NCBI GenBank assembly: GCA_943704425.1
Contig: CALSCP010002822.1
Span: 1 to 64,000, forward strand
Reading direction: 5' to 3'
DNA length: 64,000 bases
From: Ministeria vibrans ATCC 50519
Lineage: Eukaryota; Protista; Filasterea
Position 1 is the first letter of the stretch. Each line of letters opens with the position of its first letter. Made by a program: the position numbers and the translations under genes. Shown here in pieces: positions 34,409 to 47,800 of the stretch. The notes below the pieces were generated by a model. It worked only from the letters and a program-made list of their open reading frames with translations. It was not told where the DNA came from and did no database searches.

Positions 34409-36086
34409 TTAGACGCCGCAGGAGTTCTTTGCGGCGGCGTGGACGGCCACGGGGGAGACGCCGGCGTCACAGAGGTTGGAGAAGACGTTGACAAACTGCA
34501 TGCCATAGCCGTCAAGACGACCGCAAAGCGACATGAAAGCATTGAGCGACTCCTTGTAGCACGCCCACTGGGTGGGGAGCGTCTTGAGACCGACGAGAGC
34601 GGTGGCACGGTCGGCACCGACGAGCTGGGCGGCGACGGACATGACACGTTCGCGAACGAGTTCACGACGGGCCTCCTCGGCACGCACTGCCTTGTAGTGC
34701 ACGTCGACATCGTCGGCGTTGGCGGCAACGGCCTGGGCATGGCGCGCCTTGAGGATGCTAAGTGTCACGTCACGCGTGCTCACGGCATCGCTCTTGTCCG
34801 AGACCGTCGACGTGAGAGGGACCGAAGGACGGCTCAGCTCAGTCTGCGTCTTCTTGTCGTAACCAATGTACTCGCCAATGGCCTCCGAGTTGATCGACAT
34901 CTGACCATACTCCATCACGTGCGACGTGTTGGTCAGCTGCTTGACAATGTCGTACTGCTTCGAGAGGGTCTCGGACAGACCAACTGAGTCAGTGTTCTAA
35001 AGCCAGAGGGGACCTGTGAGTTGGCTCTGCAATATGAGTGTTTGTTTGGCACATTGTACCTCCATCCAGTTGACCGAGTAGACGTCACCGAGGTACGTGT
35101 TGAGGTGCTGGTCCATGTAGCAGGCGTACGAAGACTCGTGTGCGTTGGCCGCAGTCGTCGCGTAGATCTCAATGTTGTCAGGAAGGATTCCTACCAAAAA
35201 AAAGAGAAAAGGAAACAGCAGACGCACAGTTAGAGAGAGACGACGGAAAAACAAAGTGATAGGAGGAAGAAAGAAACAAAGTGATAGAGAGAGAAAGGAG
35301 GGAGAAAGAAAACAAAGTGAGAGAGAGAGAAAAAAAGGAGAGAGTGATAGAGAGAGAAAGGAGAGAGAAAGAAACAAGGTGATAGAGAGAAATAAAAGTG
35401 AGATTTGCGGTACCCTCGAACATGGAGCCACTCTCGCAAGCCTCCATGTAGAAGACAAGCTCCTTGTACATCTTCTTCTCATTCATCGTGGTGAGCGCAG
35501 CCATGAGGTCCTTGGCGTAGAGGTACTCGGTGGGGAAGCCAATGAGGCCCACGCCACCATGGTCGACAAAGTTGATGAAGACGTGGTCGTTCTCGCCCGA
35601 CTCAAGCACCTTGCCCGTAGCCTACACAGAACACCGAGTGAGACGCAAAAGGATAAGAAGCAACAGCAACAACAAAAAAAAAAGAAGGATAATTATCAAG
35701 TCTTATGTATGTAAATGGGAGTGTTAATATGTGACGTACCTTCGACTTGTCGCCAGTCAGGATAGCCACAAAGTTGTCGGGGGTCACATCAGCTCCAGTG
35801 TACTGCTGTTCCTTAGGGAAGGCCTTGACAGCCGTGTAGACGTTGGGGCCGTTGAGGTGGTTGATGACAACCCCTTGGTCGGGGTTCTGCGTGCTGTACG
35901 CAATGTCGTTGTAGTGCATCACTGCAAAAACACCAAAAGGCAAAAGACAAAAAAACATAACAATTGCGTTTGAGCGGCGGATGACTCGCTCGAGCACTTA
36001 TGTGTGTGCTACGTACGGATGATGTGGTCGTCGGGGTATCCACCGGCGTTCTTCAGGATGTTGAGGGCGTGGTAGACATCACTGAT

Positions 36087-36154
<68 letters not shown>

Positions 36155-36412
36155 ACANNNNNNNNNNAAAAAAACAAAAAAAAACAACAAAAAAGAAAAG
36201 TTCACTTACGATTGATGGCGGTAGTTGTAGTAGTTGTTGGAACCTACGGAAGGGAGAGAAGGGGTCAGGGGTGTGTGGGGGCGCGCAGGAGACGCACCGG
36301 CGACGAGAACCGCCCAGTTGGTGCCAGTGCCGTCCTTTCCGTCGCGGAAGGTGGGGAAGGGCAGCGCGAGTGCACAGGCGGCGAAGGCAACGACAACGAG
36401 CGCGGTCTTCAT
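34409..36412 (-). CDS. LGMN: legumain / asparaginyl endopeptidase (peptidase C13), secreted
   Basis: signal peptide [32 protein letters not shown], catalytic DHG and [32 protein letters not shown]. Confidence 0.96.
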
Positions 36413-36648
36413 TTCAAATATCAAATAATTGTTACACAATTGGTTTATGGTTAATTCTTTGTTTATTGTTGATTATGTAATTTAGATTTTAGAAAAAAAA
36501 CCAAACATTTCAGCTTTTTTGCACTGTACACTATGATTAGCGAAGCACTGTGCTGGGGGGTATGCATTTGAAATGCAGGGCGAGGCTCGCTGATACTGTT
36601 TTATCCTTTTCATTTGGGCAGCTTGACTTTTTCGTCGCGTTCGAACAA

Positions 36649-37611
36649 ATGGCCGAAACGCGCACGCTGCTGCAGATGGGCGTGGTCCTTGTGGGCATGT
36701 GGATAGCATACCGCCTGGCGACAGACTCGCCGCCGCTGGCGACGACCGCAGCGCTCGTGTTTGGCGCCAAGCGCGATCCGTTGAACGTCGACCCCACTGT
36801 GACAAGCGCCGCTCTGTTGAGGATACAGCGGGAAAAGGACCAGCGCGAGTGCCTGCGCCGCATCGGCGAGGCGTACGACGAGGGGCTCATCCAGTGGCTC
36901 AACCTCCACGACGTCCCCATTGCGGTGCTGCCGCAGCAGCTGGCGCGTCTCGAAGAACTCGTGCGTCTGCACATTGGGCTGTTGCCTCCTCCAACGGAAT
37001 TCCCCGACAACGGCATCAACGACTCGCTTGGCCAGCTGGCGCGCCTTCGCGAGGTGCTTGTTCACAGTGAAATGCCTCTCACCACGGCAGCGGTGGATGC
37101 GTTCTTCTCGCTGCCCAGCATTCGTCGTCTGTCGTTTGTCGACAGTCGTCTCGTCGTCGATGACAACTACCAGGACGCATCGGGGTCGCAAGAACTCCCA
37201 CTCGCGCGCTCCCACGACATTCTCAGGCTGACGCGCACCAAGGGGGCCAAGCTTAAGCTGCTCGAGTTGCCGGCACCCTGTCGTGTCGTGGTCGCGCACA
37301 TCCACAAGGTCTTTTTGCGCGCACACGTCGCCGTCGTCGAGATTCTGCCGGGCCTGTCGCTCGCCCTACACGACCGCATTGTCCTTGAGCGCATCCAGCA
37401 CGAAGGACTCACGACTCACCGGTGGCAGAGCGACGAGTACCGTGTCGACTCCATTCGCACCGACGACCACGAACAGCTGTCGGTCGCCGAGGGTGTCGTT
37501 GCTGAGGGTGCGCCCGGCCTGCTTGTGTCCATTCCCATGCCCGAGAATGGTCGCAAGGGCGATCGCGTTGTGTGGGTTGGAGTCGATCGAATGGAGAAGA
37601 AGGCCAAATAA
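36649..37611 (+). CDS. intronless protein: N-terminal hydrophobic anchor, about 3 LRR-like units, C-terminal beta-barrel resembling the U32-peptidase C-terminal/EF-Tu domain II-like fold
   Basis: MGVVLVGMWIAYRL; WLNLHDVPIAVLPQQLARLEELVRLHI; VAVVEILPGLSLALHDRI...VDSIRTD...GLLVSIP...KGDRV. Confidence 0.6.
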   Translation: MAETRTLLQMGVVLVGMWIAYRLATDSPPLATTAALVFGAKRDPLNVDPTVTSAALLRIQREKDQRECLRRIGEAYDEGLIQWLNLHDVPIAVLPQQLARLEELVRLHIGLLPPPTEFPDNGINDSLGQLARLREVLVHSEMPLTTAAVDAFFSLPSIRRLSFVDSRLVVDDNYQDASGSQELPLARSHDILRLTRTKGAKLKLLELPAPCRVVVAHIHKVFLRAHVAVVEILPGLSLALHDRIVLERIQHEGLTTHRWQSDEYRVDSIRTDDHEQLSVAEGVVAEGAPGLLVSIPMPENGRKGDRVVWVGVDRMEKKAK

Positions 37612-38022
37612 ACATTATTAATAATTATTATTATTCGTTTTTTTTTTGTCATTTGTTTTGTATCGAATATAAGGAGTGTGATTAATTTTTATTCCGTTGT
37701 TTTCGTGATAGTTGACTGAAACTCATTTGAGAGATCATCACACATCAATGAGTGTTCGTAAGTAACTCACAACTCACAATGTACAATGAATACGTAACAC
37801 TGGTCACAAAAGTTTTGAGAATCGTCCTCGTTCATACTCGCATTTTGAATTTTGATTCTTCCTTTGTTTTCTTGATCAAGACTCGAGAGTCGACTATCAG
37901 TCGAGAGATCAACACACACTCATTTGTTCTTCATTTTCGTGTCATTTTAGATCAGCATAGCCAATGGATGTGAGTCCAACTCATAACTTAGCAGTGAATA
38001 GTTATCAGTTATCACAAATATT

Positions 38023-39118
38023 ATGAGAATCGCTCTCGTTCAAACCCGCGGAGTTGTTGGCGATGTGGATGGGAACATTGCGTTTGCCAAGGAACAGATC
38101 GAGAAGATAGTGCGGGAGGAAGGAAGTGCCGACGTTGTCGTGTTTCCCGAATTTTTCCTCACAGGGTACTTTCTCACCAAGGAACAGGTAGGGATCGGCG
38201 GGTAGACGATGAGCATGGGGCACTGCTCACGCACGGGGATGGCGGGTGGTGCATTTGGATAGGTCGCAGCACTCGCACAGGACCGGGAAAGGAGCATGGC
38301 CCTCAAACAGATGCATCGTCTGGCGGCCAGGCACAACGTCGCTCTGGTGTACGGCTACCCCGAGCGGGCAGTGCGCGATGGCGTCACAGTTGTGTACAAC
38401 TCGGCGCAGGTACGAGCAGCTCAGCGCGGAAATGATCATTTAACAATGATGACTGTTTATATTATAACTATAATTATTATAGCTTGTCTCCTCACACTGT
38501 TTTATAACTATTATGCACATATTATAGCTTGTCTCCTCACAAGGTCGTGTCTTGCTCAACTATCGAAAACAACACTTGTTTGGCGCGCACGAACGTGTGC
38601 TCTTTACGGAGGCACCCAACGAAGCACCCATGGATGCAATGTTGAACGAGGTAACCGAATGTGGGAACAAACGACAGTCATTCAAAAGAGCTGTGCATTA
38701 TGATACATAGGTCAAAGTGACGCTTGGCATTTGTTACGACATTGAGTTTCCTGAATTTGCGCGTCTCTGTGCCCTGCGACAAGTCAAAATACTGTTTGTA
38801 CCGACGGCATCGTTTTCGGAGTGCGTTCCGCAACTGATTGTGCCCACACGCGCAATTGAGAACCACTTGATGATTGTCTACTGCAACCGATGCGGAAAAG
38901 ACACGCCGACGAGCAAGGCTTTCTGTGGTCTCAGCTGCATTGTGGACGGTTCCGGCGAAGTGCTTGTGCAGTGTTCGGGGGACGATACAACAGCTGTGCG
39001 TGTGCGCGACTGTGAGTGGGACAGTGCGCAATGCGTCGAAGCGGAGCAGTTCAATCCGTACTTGACGGACCGACGACCGGAGCTGTATCAAATGTTGCAC
39101 AATTGTAATGTAGACTAA
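38023..39118 (+). CDS. carbon-nitrogen hydrolase (nitrilase superfamily amidase)
   Basis: MRIALVQ, VVFPEFFLTGY (Glu), YRKQHLFG (Lys), GICYDIEFPE (Cys), PTRAIEN. Confidence 0.92.
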
Positions 39119-39189
39119 AATAATATTAGTATGATGGGTTTCAATTGCAAAGTTGTAATGTAGAAAAATAACTATTATTATGATGTGTT

Positions 39190-40515
39190 TCAATTGCTAT
39201 CATACAGATACTTGGGAAGGTCAATGGCGACGGAGCGAGCGACCGGTAAGACACGCTCGTACGGGGCATTGCAGCGGAAGCGCACGCCGTCCAGTTGGCC
39301 CGTGTGCGCACTGGTGCGGGTCAGAAGTTGGAGCGAGACTAGGTTGGAAATCTGAAAGGAAGGAGAAAAAAATGATTAGAGTGGGACAGTATGGCATGAG
39401 AGTGTATGGTGGTGTGTGAGGCTGTCAAGGAAAAATGCTTGAATGAGAATGAAAGACTTGAGAGAATGAATGGATCAAATAAGAGTGAGTAAAAGAAAGA
39501 GTAAGGGAGAGAGAAAGGGTGTCATTTAGAGTGCGTAGCCGCAAAAATGAGAGTGAACAAATGAGTTACATTGAGTGAAACGTAGAGTGAGAGTGAGCAA
39601 AATCATTCAACTTCTTCTTTTTTACCTGAACATAAATATCAGACGACGTTTGCACTTTGTCATTGAGAAGACTATAAAAAATGGCCAACAGCCGATCAAG
39701 AGGAAACGTCGCTGGTCCCATTTTCTTCGGATCAATCTAAATAAAATAATTATTACAATAAAATAATAATAATAATAATAATAATTATAATTATTATTGA
39801 CATTCATTCGTGTAAAAATGTTTTTTTTGTACCTGATCTTTCTTTTGCTTTGCACGCGATTTCTTTCCGCTCGACGACACATTGGCATTGACGGTAAACA
39901 CCTGTACGTCTGACTTTGCGGGATTGTACGATGCAAGAAACGCCGCAATGAGAAGGTATTTGGCGTAGAAGGGCAGTTCAAGTTCGGTTTTGGTGAGGGA
40001 CACACTCGTTTTGAGGTGTGTTGTGTCTTCTTCCTCTTCTTCTTCTCCTTCCTCCCCATCTTCTTCTATTGCTTCGGTTTCAGTGGCTGTACTTGATTTG
40101 TCCTTTTGTGGCTGTTGTTGTTGCGTGATGAGAATCTGACTGTCGAGATCGGCCGCACTGACTTCGCGCAGGTAAATGCGCGGGAGAATGGAGCGCAAAA
40201 TGGGACTGACATGAACGTAAAGCGCACGCGGGTCGGAGCGGTCGCACTTGCCCGCGAGCACAGGCGCAATGTAGCGCGGGAAGAGCAGTGCAGCAAGATA
40301 GCGCAGTTCGTTGAGGTCGTTGCAGGCGACGTTGAAGACGTCAAGCAGCAATTGTGTGTAGTGCGCAAAAAAGAGGGGTTCTTCGCTGGCAGGACATTCC
40401 GTGCGCACTACAATCGCTTTGATTTCCTCTTCGCTGTACGACGGAAAGTGCACGAGCACTGGATCGGTGGAACCAGTTGCTTTGCTAAAAGGAACAGAAG
40501 AAAATTTTGTTGAGA

Positions 40516-40549
<34 letters not shown>

Positions 40550-41487
40550 TATATATATACAAATATATATACTCTCTCCTCTCTCTCATTCTGTTTTACC
40601 CAAACTTGTCCCAGACAATGTCACTGATAAAGATGGAAGCAATGTTGCACTGTTGAGTGAGTTCGCGAAGACGCAGAATCACCGCTAAAAGAGTGGCGGG
40701 GAAACGAGAGTCGCGCAAGCGGTTGGCCCTGTCAAAGACAAGGAAGACGGGCGTCGTCGGTTGCCGGTCGTCCCGCTCGTCCATGGGTGCACGATCACCA
40801 TCGTTGTGAGTGGTGGATAAAGTGTTATGATCGCATGTCTAAAAAGTGCAGCGTACAAAACAGCATAGTCAGAGAGAGGGAGAGAGAAAGGAGAAAGGTA
40901 CAAGTGATAGAAACAAAAGCAAGTGACAGAAACAAGTGATGGAAACAAAAAGAAATGATAGAAACAAGTGAAAAAAACCAAGTAAGTGAAACAAGGGAGT
41001 AAAACAAGTGAGCCAAACACGTGATAGAGGCGAGGCGTACCGTTTTGAGGTGACGGACAAAGTCATTGATGTTTTCACACCTGACCCACGGCCGAAATTC
41101 ATTGTCCTAGCGAAGCCAATCGAGGGGTAAGACAAAACATGGGATGTGTGGGTGGGTGGAGTGCAGAGGGGGCCGGTACCGGGGACGAAATGTGGCCATT
41201 GAGCTGATTGAGAATCGATTCAAAGACTGTGCGCGTTGACAGGGCGTCGATGCAGTTGATCCAGGCGACGCGTTGCTGTCCCTGGAGCAGTCCTTTGACA
41301 ACCTCCGTCTTTCCAGTGGCTGTGTGACCATAGACAAACACGCTGTTGGGCGGCGACTGCAGCGGGAAGGCAAGGGTCAGGAGAAATCGATGGCATTGAG
41401 TGTTTTGGTGTGTACGCCGTTGAGGAGAAGTCTTCTCAGCGTATCGATTTGCTTTCGTCTTTCGGGAAAGGTCTCTTCCAATGACAT
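39190..41487 (-). CDS. ORC5: origin recognition complex subunit 5
   Basis: MSLEETFPERRKQIDTL, FVYGHTATGKT, LVFDRANRLR, HFPSYS, LPFYAKYLLIAAFLASYNP, GPATFPLDRLLAIF. Confidence 0.95.
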
Positions 41488-41813
41488 TGTCACGCAGGAA
41501 CCCAAGTGGTGAGGAGGAGGCTGGACGTGATGGTAGAGAAAAAGAGAGAAGGGAAAGAGATAAGAGTAAGAGAGTAATCATTTCACTCAGTTGTCGAAGT
41601 GAATGTAACTCTTGTGACTTCAACATGAAAATTATATTGACCCCATTCACAAAACCATGGAGGTACAATCAGATACTGAGATGTCCTCAGGCTGTATTGC
41701 GCAGAAAGTAACAAGGTAATGGGCTCAGCGTTTGCTTTGTACCTCCCAATTCGTTTGTTGATATCCATTCCCAATGAGAAAACTTTAAAGATAACATATT
41801 TGTTTTCATTTCG

Positions 41814-44800
41814 ATGGCCGCATCTCTCAAAGGTAAGAAAATCTTCTCCATGGGACGCTAGCACGAGCGGTCTTCTTTGGTTCTTTTGTTCCTTGCGCGA
41901 AATCCTTTTTTTTTCTCCCCTTTGCGTGTAAAAGAGCGACTATATCTCCCTGTTGGTCGTCACAATCATTCCCCAGAACCAGTGTAATGCCGTTTCCTTT
42001 GCGATAAAGAAGCTTACGCTGTCCTTTGTTATATTAACTTTGTGTTTTTTTTTTTCGTTGATGTGTTTCAGAGATTGATGGGCTGCAACGGTCGTACCGC
42101 CAGGGTCTCATCCTTGCTCGGTGCGACTACAGCGACCTTGTCGACCCATTCACTGCGAATACAGCGTCGCCGCAGCTGTACTTTGGCCATTTGCCGGGTG
42201 CGTTGATTGCCGCTCGAAACACTGCCGTTGGGATGCTCCAAAACGGATACGATATTGTCTCCGTGCTCGCCGACAAGCGCCTTACACCAGACGGATCGGT
42301 GCCGTTTGGCAATGATCAGTCGTTCTTTGGCGAGAAGCCGACCGGGTTGACGCCGGAGGAGGAGGCGGAGGAGACGGCCCGTGCTACGTTTGCTGCTGAC
42401 TCCATCAACAGCGGCCGCTTGCTGTGGGTCGTTGCACCCAAGCTTCCTCGTGCCGACATTGCCGCGTGCATTGACACGCTTGAAAAGATGAAGCCAAAGG
42501 TCAACGGCCAGGTTAAGGGCCCTGCCGGCCCCAAAACCGAGCTGACTGTTTGTCTTATCGGTCACGGTGTTATGAACGAGGAGGGAGACTATGCGGTCGC
42601 CTTCAACCATATCCGTCTTGTACCTCGCAATGTGGGCGTGCGTGTTTTTGATGGCTACACCTTGGCACAGCTGCTCGACGATCTGACGCTCAAGACGCGC
42701 TGGAAGCATCTTCTCATCATCGCCGACACCTGCACCGCTGGTACCGCACTCACCAAGGACTCCTACGTGCCAGACAAGGCAGAGATGTTCCTTGATGATG
42801 TGTGGACTCTTGCGTACCACACACCGTCGTACCAGTTTATTGGATCATCGCTGAACGGCACGCAAGGACTTGCTCTGTTGCCTTGGCAGGGAACAGTGTT
42901 CTCAATGGCAATGGATCGAGTGCTTTGGCACTCGAACCCAACTGCCTTTCAAAACCCTGGCGGTACAACGCTCTACAACTGGGCGACAGTGGGACATGTT
43001 GGCGAGAGACTGCGCGAGAGCATGAATGCCATCATGGAGGAGTTCTTTCCCACCGACACCGACCTGGCTCCAACGTGTCTCCATGGCCGTCTCGACCTCG
43101 TTCACTGCAACGTGACACAACCCAATGAGGGACACTTTCTTTTTGTGCGTCATGGCGCACCAGCGAAGTGGACTCGTGGAGACATTACTCAGTCACCTTA
43201 TCATGTAAGCAAATCAAGACCCCTCAACATTTTTTTAAAAATTTCTATATTTGATTTATTTTCTAGCGAACGCCCACTTCCGCAACCTCCATTGCTACAA
43301 CACCGCATCCATTGACACAACCGACCAATTCTGCCACTCTCTCGCGCATTCCTCTCTCTGAAACCCTTTCTATTCTCAACCACGACTGGTCTCGACACAT
43401 CCTCATTGTTGTGCCTCAACTCGACTCACTGCGTCCCGACATCCTCGCTGCTCACCGCTGTGGCCTTGACGAGCCCTTTGCTCCCTTTCAAGAATGGGTT
43501 GGCTCAGATGATTACTACTGCTACAGCCTCTATTGTCATACACTCGCGATCTCACTCACATTCATTCTCATTGTGCGCGCCCCATCGCCCGATTCTTGCG
43601 TTGCTCGTCTCGCGCTCCTCTGGCAACCCGACCTGGTTGAGTTTTACCCTGTGGAGACCGGAGAGAAGCTTCCGAACCGCGTGGTTGTTGTGCGCAATCT
43701 CATCACCAACCCACCTCAATCTACTGCGTCTCATTTGCCTCCGAGTGCCTTCAGGAGGCAGCGCCTCTCGCTTGGTGAGACCACTCAACGTCTGGGCGAT
43801 CTGTCACTCCCATCTGCCCTCAGTTCTCTGCGCGTACAACCTACCACACCCGACGACACAACTGTCCGCATCAATGCTTTTCAGGACATGGGCTCTTGCT
43901 CGTGTGGCTGCTGTGCACGCTGCGGCATCCGCCGAGTAGTGATCCTCACCACCTCTGCTGTGAGCTTGACTGCTGCGGAGCGCGTTGACCTGCTCTACGC
44001 CTGCGCAGCTGCCTCTTCTCGCCTGCTGCCTGTTGACAAGCTCACGCAATCTATTTCCTGTTCCAAAACGGTTCGCTTTGAGGCCCTTTTTCGCGATTTG
44101 TGCTCTGAAAGGCTCGCAAAGGAGCGCGACCTACTGCTGCTCGCTCTGCGCGACACACTGTGGTGCAATTCATGTCCGAGCCAAGACATCAGTGCTCTTT
44201 TTCGCTTGCACCATCACCGTCCTGGCGCAGACAACTCCCTCCAGCTCCACTTTGAGGCCCCACCATCATTGCTCTGGTCTTTACTCTCATCCTCAACTTC
44301 CAACAGCAAACTTGTCGATCTTGGCTTTGACCATGTGTGTGAGCCCACACCGACATTGTACCTCTCTGTTGCACTGCGAACTCGCGACGCAACCGTCACC
44401 AAACCTCTCTCACAGGACACAATGAATGGCATTGTCGACTCAGTCGTCTCCTACGTCCAGTCAGAAATATTCCCTACTCGCGGCTTTCTCCCTCGCCTAC
44501 ATATCTCCACCGCCGCTCAGACCATGTGGGTTGTGCTGAAGCTACCCGAAGACGTTACTTGCGAAGAATACTGTATTCTTGGCGGACTTCTCATGACGAA
44601 TGTACCTCCGGTCATTCAAGAGCGTGCCGTAACAAGTATACGGATTGTGTACGAGGGAGAAGATGAGCATGTGCGGTTGCTGGCGGAGCAGCTTTCAAAG
44701 CACGCCCAATCTCTTCCCGATTCTCGAGCACATGCACATGCTTTCCTGCGAAAAGCCTGGGAGGTGTACACTTTGGACGACGAAACTGTGCGCCGCGTTG

Positions 44801-47800
44801 CGCTTATCGATGCACTTCGATTTGACCTTGTGGCCACAGTCAAAGTGCTCGCATTACACATGGAGAACGACTGCCGTCTCATTGATGTCGTGACTCACAA
44901 CGGTGACGGCGCTGCCGCTATTGCTGCGCGACATAGTGCGACAACGACTCTTGCTTGGCTGCTCAGCAGTGAATGTGGGGTGCGTTGGGATGTTCAACAG
45001 CTTTTTGAGGCGGCCTTTGATGGGGACTCGGAGAGTGTTGTTGAGTTTCTGTACGACCAGTGTGGGCTTGGTCGTGTCTTGACGAGCGACACTGTGAAGG
45101 ATTTGGTGGGTCGTAAGAAGTTTACCGTTGCTGCGTGGGTCTGTACCAAGCTCAAGTTGGAGCTGACTGACTTTGCTGTGGCGACGCTCGAGTCAGTGAT
45201 GGACGCCACTCTTGCTGCTCATCGTTGGTCCGACTGGCACGCAGTGCTTGCGCAGCAGTACCTCAAGAAGGCCACGGGCTTGGCGAGGGCCAAAGCGCTC
45301 GAACACGCGAAAGAGGCACTGCAGTTTGCCTTTGACGATCAACGTCGTGTGGTTGCGTTGCGCGTAATGGCTGAGCTTGAAAAATGGGAGGAGATTGTGT
45401 CTGCTGTGCGTCAAGTAATCCGTCACGTTCACGACCGTGAGATTGTACTCATGTTTGCTTGTGCTCTGTACTGGTCTGGTCAAGGGGATTCAGCGTTGTC
45501 ATATTTGTGTCGCCTTCTCACCACTCCTGCTGTCGTTGACGACGTGGACTCGGTCGAGCCAGGCGATGTATCAAGTGTGCTTTCGCTTGTGTTGATTGGC
45601 CGTGCTGTCAAGATTGGCAGCATTCCCGTGAATATGGAAGTGTTTTCGCAAGTGTTGTCGACTCTCAAGGTTCTGCCTGAGTCTTTTGCTCGTGATTGTT
45701 TGAGCTGGTTGAGTGGCCATTTGGAATCTGACCTGTCGTGGCTTGCGTGGGTACGCTCAGAGCGAATTGCCTTCTTAGCGTCCATCCGCGGATCGGATGC
45801 CGATTTCACTGCTCCGCAACTTGAGTGTGTAGAGCCTGATTCGGACTTGTGGTTGCCTCATCGGCGCGTACAACTTCGTGAACTCTCGGCTCGGTTCTGT
45901 GAACTATCGGCTCGATTGGGCATGCAGCAAACCGAAGACCATGCTCAGTTTATTGCTACGCTTGTCGAACCCATGCCATCGCCGGATTGTCTAGCAAAGA
46001 TCAGTCAACTTCAGGTTCTTGATCTGTCGGGTGCCCTTGCGTCTAGTGGCGTCTTACCGGTGTGTTTGGTGGACGGCAGCCTCACGTTGCAAGTGAAAAT
46101 TTTGATCCTGAGTAACAACGAGCTGGTGGTCCTGCCTGCGAAGCTGTTTCTTTCCTCAAAACAGCTTTTGCGTTTCATCGCCGATGACAACAAGCTTAAG
46201 TGTTTGCCCTCGTCCATTGCGTGCTGTTCCGACCTTGTGACACTATCTGTGGCAAACAATCGTCTTTTCACATTGCCTGAGTCTCTGTCCAAGCTCAGGT
46301 GTTTGCGTGAAGTCAACTTGAGTGGAAATGAGCCACTTCTTTCTCTCGCACGTTTGCCCAATTTGCGCGTACTTTCTCACCTAGCCGAGTCGCTTCAGAT
46401 TCTGGATATGCACGTGGAAGGTGCACCAAGGGTACCTATGCAAGACCCAAGACTGTGGTGTGCAGAGCAGGCATGCACTACTCGCTTGACTCTAAGTCGA
46501 TTCGCAGAAGGTTGGGAAGAGTGTTACTCCATATCACCATGCTAATAATTTATTGAATTTTAGACGTATACCAAGCGGCCATGTTGGATCAATCGCCTTC
46601 TGCCTCCTCTGGCGTGACTGTGATTGTCGGAGGCGAGCCGGCCGCTGGCAAGACAACTTTCTTCCGTGGCATGCTTTGCAAGACATTTGTGCCTGTGCAT
46701 CGCAAGACATGGTATGCGACCGTGTCGTACTGCGACCCGCTGTTGGAGGAAGCGGCGTATGTTGATGAGGAAGACTCTCTTGCGACCACGTCGCTGATTG
46801 AGCGCTCGGCGATTCCCGGCTCCAAAGACACGTCGTGGGAGACGTCTGCGATGAGTCGAAAGATTCATGAGATAACTGTCAATCGAATCTCCAAGGAATT
46901 TGAAGTGACTGCTAGTGTGCGGTCTAGTGTGACAGAAGCAAGTGCGGCCTTGCAAGTTGAATCTCGCGAGAGATCATCGGAAAACGATCCATTGAGTTTG
47001 ATGACCATTGACACACCAAGCGGAAGCGACTTTGATGTTGGCCCCTCCACCTTTGGTGGGGCCGGTGGAACTGGCTCGGGAGCGTCAAGTCGTCTCCCAC
47101 CACTGCAGCCGCCCATTGTTCCTACGACCGCTTCTACCGATGCACCAAGCGTTGAAGTCAAGACGAGCACGGTGCAAGCAGACGTCTGTCAAGTTGTAGC
47201 GAGTTCTCGCCATGCTGTGCTCCCTCGCATTGCCTTCGTTGACCTCGGTGGCCACAGGGAGTTCCGTGTGGTGCAGTCCATTGTCCCTTTTGCGTCGTCG
47301 CTCTATGTTGTCGTGGTTGATTTGGAGAAGATGCGCATGTCGCCAGGGGAGGTCAGATTGGAGGAGTGGCTGACCCTTTCGGCAGTGAAGCAGGCGCGAA
47401 CAGTGATGATAGTTGGCACTCGTGCGAGCACGAGTGGCTACAAAGATTTTGACTTTGAAGCTGAGGCTGCTGGCAGTGATTCGTTTGAGGGCGTGCAAGA
47501 GTCTGTGCGTGAGGTACTGGAGCGACTTGGGCTGCAGTGGTGGGGTGACAAGCCAGTTTGGCCTGTGGACTACGCTACGGATCTCCGCGTTGACGAGCTG
47601 CGTGTGGAGGTGTTGCGTGCCGCCAAAGATGTTGGTGAACAGGTGCGATCGTCTACCCAGATGGCAGTGGCGATGGATGCTGTGCGTACATGTGCAGGTG
47701 GTGGTGCGTTGAGTGTGACCAAGGATGAGGTGCAGCAGTGTCTGGCATCACATCGAGTTCTCTTTCATGAGTATGTGTACGAGGCAAAGCGTGTTGGTGC

